Shown piece after piece: positions 55,069-64,000 of a stretch of DNA of 64,000 nt. The stretch is from Euprymna scolopes (lineage: Eukaryota): NCBI GenBank assembly GCA_053919585.1, contig CM132794.1. One strand, written 5' to 3'. A model generated the notes under the pieces. The model did not search any database. It was not told the origin of the DNA and saw nothing but the letters and a program-made list of their open reading frames with translations. The position numbers were made by a program, and so were the translations under genes. Every line of letters begins with the position of its first letter. The first letter of the stretch is position 1.

Positions 55069-55291
55069 TTTTTTTTTTATTGTGACACGATCAAAAGATG
55101 GGGTGCCGACCACGGATTAAGACCGTTTCACTGACCCTCGAGAGAAAGATAGACCGCGATAGTTTCTTAACCTGGTAGTTTACCTCGCGGAACATACAGC
55201 GTCTCGGCTTCCCCAATAGTCACCCATCTGGTACTGTCAAGCTCAGCGTTGCTAAACTTCGGTGATCTGACGATAACCGGTGTATCAACGT
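55069..55291 (-). mobile_element. 5S rRNA-derived SINE (SINE3-like): 5S head, ~115-nt body, poly(A)
   Basis: Minus 55291-55195 reads ACGTTGATACACCGGTTATCGTCAGATCACCGAAGTTTAGCAACG...GATGGGTGACTATTGGGGAAGCCGAGACGCTGTA (5S). A non-5S body and an A10 tail (55069-55078) follow. Confidence 0.8.
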
Positions 55292-55355
55292 AATTGATTA
55301 TTATTTATGATTATCTTAAAAAGGGAAACTTTGAAAATGCTGTGCAACAATATAT

Positions 55356-58300
55356 ATTTTTTACACGGAGGCCACTCGAGAATAAAGGTTAAACGGTATA
55401 CATTAGTCAATGTGATTATAGCGCGTTAACCACAAGTAGTGGGAATTTCGTAAATTGGAGTATTTAGTAAGACGGTTCTTCAGGAACTTGTTTTCGTTGG
55501 ACTTGAAGAAAACCAGAGTGTAGTCAGCTAAATCGGGAAATCGGAAGATAGTTCAACAGGCAAGCAATTCTAAGAAAGAAGCTTTGTTCATGGAATTTAC
55601 CTTGAGGTTTTGGACCAGATGACGAGTGTGGGAAATAATTTATTACGGTTTTGATTAGACGGGTGTTTTTCGTGAAAGTTTAGCGGAAGGGGGGGCACAG
55701 ATTAAAGCACAGATGAGCACCTGCTATGAGAAAAATGATAAACCATAGACGTGATCGCAAGGCCTCTTGTTGGAAAGAGGTTGTGAGGAATAAAAATGGA
55801 ATTCCTCACTACGAAGTCTATTTTGAACCCTATACAGGCAGGAAAAGAAGCTTATTGCAGCTCCTGCTCAGGTTACTTGAGCGGTAGAAGGATCCACCAT
55901 TTTTTTCATGCGACTCTGGTAATAGATTTGATATACTTGTTCTATTTAAGATCAGGTGTAATTTTCAAGTCCAGAAGCTTGTCAAAACATGGAGCCTTTC
56001 CAAGACGACAGTCGTTCATTTATATTGATGCCAGCTGGGTATCAGAGAGTTCATAATGTAAAGATAGATGGTTGGTTATAAATAAATAAAAAGTAACCAG
56101 CCACTTATTTCCCCATTGTATCACTTATCAAGAAAAGAAGAGAGAGTATCAAAGAGAACTTAATCGTTTACGGTATTTGATGTGTTACCATAGATTTTAG
56201 TGTCGTCAGCATAAATGTCCACAAATGATGTAAGGGTGTTATTTGAAAGATCATTAATGTAGATCGGGAAGACAGTAGGGCCCAGGATGTACCCCTGAGG
56301 GACTCTAGCATAAATGCTGAGAGCTTCTGAGTTCTGTCCATACACATATACTCTTATGAACCTATCAGAGAGAATTGATATAATAATTGAGAAGACATTT
56401 TCAGCTATACTGTAGCTGGAAATCTTGGGAAATAAATTGTTATGCCATACCATATCAAAGGCCTTTGATATGTCAAGAACCCTCGATCTAGAAAGGAAGA
56501 CTCCGTCGAGAGATTCGGTAATCCTATGAGATATAACTCTGAGCACGTCTGCTGTATATCCAGCAGAGCGGAAACCATATTGCACGTCACTAAGAAGGTT
56601 ATTTTTGATGAAGGTTAACTACTTTTCACGGATTCCAGCAGATTACGCATCGCGCACATGATACATATTGGTTTGTGCTTAGAGGGAGATGAATTCTAAA
56701 GTACAGGGCATACTGATGAGAGTTTCGAAGGGGTTGAACAGCATTTCTCCGTAAGACTTTGTAAGTATGCGCGCTAGTTCTGGCTGGAGCATTTTGAGCA
56801 CTATAATTGAACTGCCGTCAAGGACAGTTGCTTTACTGGAATCAAGGTTTTTGATTATCTTGGCAACATCACGTACATATATTTGTAAGTCGCATAACGT
56901 GTTTTCAGATACATGGGGAAATACTGGGGGTAGACGGCCTTGGTCATAAAGGGCAGAATAAGTAGCAAAGATATTGACAAAGGTTGATGGTGGGTGGGAT
57001 AGAGAACACACGTCTGTTTAGTATTCTGTTTGCTACTTCTTAACACTGACCGGAACCATGCCGCTGTTCAGCTACTTTGGATTTGACGAACTGAGCATAG
57101 AACTCTTTCGCATTCTGTATTACTTCCTTACAGTTGTTGTTGGCGGTCCTGAAGGCGTTTTTTTTCAGTATATCTATTACGTTGGAAGCAATGGAAAAAA
57201 GAATGTATGTGTGAAATCGCAGTAGCACATTCTGGATAGAACAACAGCTGGGTGTAAAGTTTATGCATGGGCCATTTTCGAGGGTATGTCGCGGTCTGTA
57301 CTTACCATTAACCATTCTATCAGGTCTAATACTATAGAGGACACATCCTATTGAAACATTGTACGCAGAGGGAGATCTGCCATACACGTGCGGAAGCTAT
57401 CCCAGTCAGCCATATTATATCAATATATTATACAATGGAGAGGTATGTCTGAGGACTTCTTTCATTTCGTGTTATCTTAACTGATACACAAAGTGAGCGG
57501 AAGACCCTAGTCAAGACAGAACGCAAGAAGAGCATAGCTCAGAGCAAATTGTGAGGAAAAGGTCTAAGATACTTGCATGCTCGCCGTCAGTGTCGGTGAC
57601 ACGGGTGGGGTCAAACTGAGTGAGGTCATGAGCAATGGAGAATTCGATCGGTATTGTTTGAGTGGCTTAACTATTTTACATTGTAAATATTTACGTTTCC
57701 ACAGACGTGAACATTTGCTGAGGTGTACGCAAACAGGACGTGGTCAATATTTTCAGATACGCGTTAAAATATTGTATCCGCAGTTGTATGGGCGAAAGAG
57801 TACAAATATAAACGCGGTAGTGTGAGGAAGTGCAATCCGAAAGTATATATAGGGTAAGTTAGGATCTTATCTAGTCGTCTTTAATGTAGGCACATATTCA
57901 TGCCTACGACGATTTTGGGGGTAAGATTTAGTGGGTAAGTTAGATCATCCTTTAATTATGAACTCATCTAAGGAAGTAGTTGACCTAGGGCAAGGAATAA
58001 TAGGCCAGCTTCAGTTTCCTGTTATAGAGATTGAACCTCTGGAAGATTGGAACGTAGAACCCTGATGTTTGAGAATGATACATGGTAATGGGGGTCCGTG
58101 TTGGAAGTAGGAAATCTGGGTTTAATCGAGTATTTTTTTTCCGGAAAACTTTCATGATTGAGATTTGCGATTTGAGGAATAGGTCGACAGATTTGCTTAG
58201 AGCAGGGCAGAGAGGAAAAGTAACAGAAAAAGAAACGAAGAGAATTTGATAGAGCCGTATCTATTACCCACTTATATTTTATCGAGAGGTCCCACCAGAA

Positions 58301-58600
58301 GCAACTACATGGTCGAGAATCCATTCACCAACTGGTAATACAGCAACCCCTGTACTTTGCATCTGCTGATTGGGCAGTCTCCTTAGTTGATAATCCAGCG
58401 TTCGGGTTCCGGACTATCAGGCTGATAAGGCCCGCCCAATTAAAACGTCTACCTTCAGCAGCCTTACTAATTACATGGTCACAAGGATAGACAAAGACAC
58501 ATAATTTCCTACATCTCAGGCCACTGTTCACACAAAATACTGCAAAACTTAGTATACATCTTTATCTTCTCCTTTCGTCAGAAAAAAATCACTCATTAAA
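55356..58600 (-). mobile_element. Near full-length CR1/Zenon LINE (5'UTR, APE endonuclease, RT, 3'UTR), decayed
   Basis: SFSNIRVLRSN (APE start, ~58060), LDSSKAT..D, QYGFRS, LDISKAFDMVWH, VPQG.ILGP and YADDT; the 3' end matches the family. Confidence 0.92.
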
Positions 58601-60346
58601 AAATGAGGACTGAGGGACAAATAAGGAGAAGCCAGAGAAATGAGAACCGCCGACAACACATCCACCATGCATCCATTAGAAAAAAGAATTAAAGGAACTT
58701 ATTTATATTTACTTAGTTTAAGTTCGTAGCACTAATTTGAAATTAAAGATATTATTTGTTCATAGTTTCAATAAATTCCAGAAAGTAAGTACATAGAGGG
58801 AAACCAGAAGCAAAGTTAAGCAGTCTGAAAAAATAAACTATGAGGAAAGAAACTTTCTGGTATTTAGGCACATTTAAATTGAAAATGGTAGCATTTTTTT
58901 TTATGGTTGGTCTTGTTATCATATATATAGAACAAGCATTAGCGTTGTGAGCTCGTCAGAGGACATTCAATAATACTAATTTTTAAAGCCACAAATATGC
59001 GTCACTGCGACATCTGTGTCAGTCAGGAATTAATGTAAACTTTCGTATGGGAGTTAATATAGTTTAGTATTGGTAGTGAGCATTATTTTATAAGGAGAGT
59101 GTGTCGCCTGTACGATTTTAGACGGTGTTTCTTAAAGCAATTAGATGGGTTGAGGACAAAAGTATAAGATGTATATGTAAGTAATGTAGTCTAATTTAAA
59201 ACGGAGTTTGTCTGTTCGTCTCATTATAGACTGTTCTTTAAAGTAAAACCAAGAGTGACACTGTAATATATTGGGNNNNNNNNNNNNNNNNNNNNNNNNN
59301 NNNNNNNNNNNNNNNNNNNNNNNNNNNNNNNNNNNNNNNNNNNNNNNNNNNNNNNNNNNNNNNNNNNNNNNNNNNNNNNNNNNNNNNNNNNNNNNNNNNN
59401 NNNNNNNNNNNNNNNNNNNNNNNNNNNNNNNNNNNNNNNNNNNNNNNNNNNNNNNNNNCATACATTATATAATAACTTTTACATTATTGTAAATGTGATA
59501 ATTCAGGAATGTTCGTTGTGGATGCAGGTGTTTCTTTATGTGCACGTTTCTCGTCTAAGATTATATATTCAAGAACAGTTTAACAAAACATACATTAAGC
59601 ATAACACGAATAACTCCTTACGGGTAATAAAATAAAATATTCTGGGGGTTAGCATAAACGAACTGAGACCCATACATTCTTCATATTTTTGCAGTTTCCT
59701 CCATTTTAACTTTATTTGTTCTCCCATATTGCGTATTTCTTTTTTTTATTTTTCAATTTCGCTTCAAAAATATCAAAACACAATTTTTCTCATATATGTA
59801 TAACACTTATTTTTACTCACTTATGTTTGCGACGGCTACATCTGGAAAATCTCACTTTTCCCATCTCCCGGACGCGCAGACACACTCTTTCGATGCTGTT
59901 GCAAGAAAGCCTCCAGTCTCTTCTGTGACCTATTTTATCTACAACGTGCGTGTACATGTAAATCCTTTTTCTGTAACATTACGTCACCAGCTACGTAACC
60001 AAAGAATCAACACCAGTTGAGGAAAACTGTCCGTCTTTTGTTGATTACAAAATAAATGTCAAGTTAAAATTCCTAATTTATATATTTTGGTTCCTTACAT
60101 TCATTTTCATAAAAAAGCATTTTACTCTGAATATTTTCGGCTACTTTACATTAAACATTATTTATTACAACAATAAATCAGGATTTTTTGGAGTTGACTC
60201 GCAATTTATTACGAATAAAGACCCTTTGTCCGTGCATATATCTTTTGGAGAAAAGTGGTTTAGTTTATGCTAAATATGCATGCAAGTATATTATAATTTA
60301 TGCTAAATACACATGCAAGGGCATTCTATATAAATGCACATACAAG

Positions 60347-60401
<55 letters not shown>

Positions 60402-62121
60402 CACATGTAAGTACATTATATATAAATATACATAATATAATGTATGCTAAATACATATGCAAATATATTATAAATAAATACACATAAAAGTATCCTAAAA
60501 ATCGTGTAATTATAAAATGGTTAGTGTCTCGCGTAAACAAAATTAAATTATTGTAGAACATACCTTCTCGCGCGCAACATCATGCGTCTAGATATTATAT
60601 AACCGTATAGGTTCAACGATATTGCTTATGCCGGAAAGAGAGATAGTAGTATTGTAAACTCAGAAAACGAATATTTTCTAGTGAAAAAATAGCTGAAACT
60701 CGCACTTAAGAGAACAACAATCTTAAGATAGTGTTATTTGGAAGAAATAGCTTACCTTACATTTATGTATATAATCATGTTTATCAGATGTTCTTACATG
60801 TAAGGTAATTCATTTTGGTCTCCAGATCATGTCGGGTAGTCATAAAAGAATGCGCCCCATTTCGATTTAAATATCTCCCTGTAGAATTTTATATAATGAA
60901 CATTATTATTTTTTGTTTTGTTTTTGTAGAGCAATCCATTCTGATACAACTACATTCAGATTGTCAGTAAGGACTAAGTGTTGTTTCAGGGCATAGATCT
61001 ATCTCTTTCTCTCTCTCTCTTTCTCTCTCTATCTCTCTTTCTCATTTTATAATGCGTGCATTTATTGTTGTGTATTAAAACACGTTATATAATGTATGTA
61101 CATTATATAATTCATCTTTTTATTTTTATTTATTCAGTATTCAAACAAATAATCACTCGATATAGAATAAAAAATATGACACGTATTTATGAAACCAACA
61201 AGAGAGAAGTACGTACACACTACAAAAAAGTGTTTCTTTTTGAAACGAAACGTTCTTCTATCTCATTACCAATCTTGTTATGACTTTTATATGCGGAGGT
61301 TTTTTTTTCTCTTTCTCACAAATATCTAAACGTAAATACAAACTTTCTTGAGATGCTTTAAAAGGAGCTACTTAAAAGACATCGGTAGCTTTTCACTTTG
61401 GAAAAACATGTATTTTACTCTCACTAGTGGGAATATATTTTCTTCTATGGCGTTACCTTCAATCAAATATACGAACTGAATTTGTATTTGCCAAAGTCGT
61501 TGAAAGTTTTTTTTTTTTTGTCTGATTTATATTCAGCTCCAGGATGCAACGTCGAACTTTACCTTGGCATTTAAGAGGGGAAAATGCCGATCTATTGAAG
61601 CGCGCGAGTCGATGGAGATACGTGAGCGGCCATCACTTGATATTTAATGCAGCTTGGCAAATGGATCAAAGGTGGGCCATTTTGGAAGCCGGGGAATCGC
61701 CAGACGGACATAGGAAGTTCGCGTCTCTTTCTGACAGTCTTGAGGATTAGAGTTCTAAGTTAGGAAGTAGCTGGCCGGCTCACCCACTCAACATACTTTC
61801 CTTTCTTTCTTCATCTCAGCACGTTCCCTGTCAGTGAAGCGTTCTTTACCTTTTAGGTATCTTTGGTTTCTCCTTTTTATTTTTTTAGCATATCCTTTCC
61901 AGTCGATTTTCATTTCTTTTTTTTTTTTTAACTATTTAAGTAATAATCTTATATATTTAAATAACTCTTTTCCAACATTTTTCTTTGTATTTTCTATCGA
62001 CGATTTCGGCTTATCTGATTATTTAAAGTGTTAACGTATTTATTATTAATAATGAATTTTCACTTTCTTCTCCTTGAAAGAACCCAATTACTTGCACTTA
62101 TAATTTGTTCTATACAAAGAT

Positions 62122-62590
62122 TAGTGTTGGGACGATTAATCAGAATTGGAATCGGGAATCGGAAAAAAAATCGGATGTTTTGGGGGTATTAAAATCCGTA
62201 TCGGCACCGGGAAAAAATTTAGCCTATTTTCCGATGCCAAAACCTATTCCTTAAATTATCTTTTATATTTGATTTTGGTTTAAGAAGCATCGCCCACTGC
62301 ATTTAGCAATACTAAAATATAAATATTGCTTAATGTTAAACTTCCAGTAAGAATAAAATCTCTAGATCATCCCCTCAAAAATGTGTGTTTTTTTACGTTT
62401 GAGAAAACGTAGGAACGTTCAAGACACGTCTTTACAATAATCGGGACAAAATAACACTTTTATGGTTTAATATTTTAAGATTTATAAAGCATCGGAATCA
62501 GAATTGGTAATTGTATCCAAATTGGGAGTTTAGTACAGAATGTGGAACTGTATCGGAAGCGGGAAGATTTTTAAGCCGTCCCATCAGTTA
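62122..62590 (+). mobile_element. hAT-like MITE with AATCGG subterminal repeats
   Basis: TIRs TAGTGTTGGGACG / CGTCCCATCAGTTA; homologous to 13319-13733 and 5520-5626. Confidence 0.7.
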
Positions 62591-63713
62591 TAGATACACA
62601 TATCTTATATTTAAAACTGTTTATTATTTTTTACCATAAGCTCTTCTCCATGTTCTTTTACAAGTTGTGATTTATTTCTCTTTTCCTGTATAATGTTTAT
62701 TGTTATGTCTTATATAAAATAAGTCATATTGTCATTTTAAAGTACTATGCTTGTATTAAAGATTGTGGCAAAAAGAGCAGTGCAGAATTGAGCAGGGAAA
62801 TATATTTTACCATTACATTTATGTTATTTATTATTTATTTATATCATAGGCTATTACAATCAAAGCAGTATTTAAGAATTGAAAGAGTTACGAACTCAAG
62901 CATGTCACCTGTAGAAACAATTAGAGTTGAAGTTTTTTCTTGCATCGAAATAGTATTTCACGGCTTATCCTATTAGTCAGAATCATGTACGTTGAAAGGA
63001 TGCTGTGATTTTTTTTAGAAAAAAGTTATATTAAACTCTTCATTTAACAGGAAGATGGATGCGACAATGCAGCGATTAGACAGAGTAGAATATGCCCGAG
63101 AGTGTAAAATTAAGTGAACTATATAAGTGGTATTGTAACAAGCCCAAACATGCCCACAATATTTAATGCATATACAACTTGTGACATAAGGAAATTAAGG
63201 ATCCTCTCCAATGAAAGAAATATTCCATAACGGCGGAGAGACTTGTTGTTGTTGTTTTGTTTTTTTACACAAGCCTTGGTCCTCCTAGGTTTTGTTTCAA
63301 TTCATAAAACTTGTAAATATTACGCTTAAAAGTAGGCCAAACAGGAATAATATTATTGACATGACAGTCTGGTTTTAATTGTATTTATACGTTGTGTAAC
63401 CGTTTTATTTTTTCACACATCAAATTCTTCTGGTGTACTCGTTTAATTAATGTTCTTTAGGCAAATGCTTTATTTGAGATATTTTTTCTGTAAAGTTCAA
63501 TTTAAATTTTATATCATTTTATATCTATTAATTAAAAAAAAAATCTTTCAAAATAAGGCACATTTTATTTCACACTTTATCCGTCTACGCCCCACTTAAA
63601 CTGCAGCAAAGCATGTTATTATAATGCCACGGGAACACATGAACGTCACACACCTTCAGTTTTATAGAGATATAGAGTATGTTCTATGTTCAACATTGTT
63701 TTTCTTTTTGCAG

Positions 63714-63827
63714 ACTCAATTGTGTAAATTGCGAGAAGAGGCATCTGAACTGCAGTCCAAGCAAGTCATGTCCGATTCCATGATCAACACACTTAAAATG
63801 GAAATTACCGACAATTCCAAAATCTGA
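63714..63827 (+). pseudogene. Candidate coding exon with coiled-coil character (host gene or pseudogene)
   Basis: Strong acceptor TTTTTCTTTTTGCAG, then TQLCKLREEASELQSKQVMSDSMINTLKMEITDNSKI*. Confidence 0.4.
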
Positions 63828-64000
63828 GTAATAGAAAAACTTAAAGATGAACCGGAAAATTTAAGAAATTTCATCCAAATCTTTAAATATTTATGCTAAA
63901 TAGTAATAGGTACGTTGCTAGGTCACATAATAGGGTCATGGAGATCGGCAAGTATGTGCTGCAATGTCATCTCAATCTAGAATCTTACGCTTAATATTTT

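Overview
AT-rich, repeat-dominated eukaryotic DNA from a draft assembly. It looks like an invertebrate animal (spliceosomal introns, many (TA)n microsatellites, seven N-gaps); the species cannot be determined from the sequence. No intact host gene is recognisable. The window is mostly decayed mobile elements. These include six pieces of one CR1/Zenon-type LINE family (one near full length), RTE remnants, three Ty3/Gypsy elements plus probable solo LTRs, and two Penelope-like elements (PLEs). DNA transposons include an intron-containing hAT(m)-type transposase remnant, mariner and piggyBac remnants, several MITEs and a DINE/Helentron-like repeat. The most interesting signals are RNA-level: an intact-looking minimal type I hammerhead ribozyme (40909-40952), a degenerate second hammerhead (39115-39151), two 5S rRNA-headed SINE3-like elements, a U2 snRNA 5' fragment fused to a structured non-U2 tail, and a 78-bp near-perfect palindrome at a Gypsy breakpoint. 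There are also tentative chains of decayed host exons (beta/gamma-crystallin-like at 20.8-25.5 kb, coiled-coil at 61.5-63.8 kb). All calls are by eye, and element boundaries are approximate.
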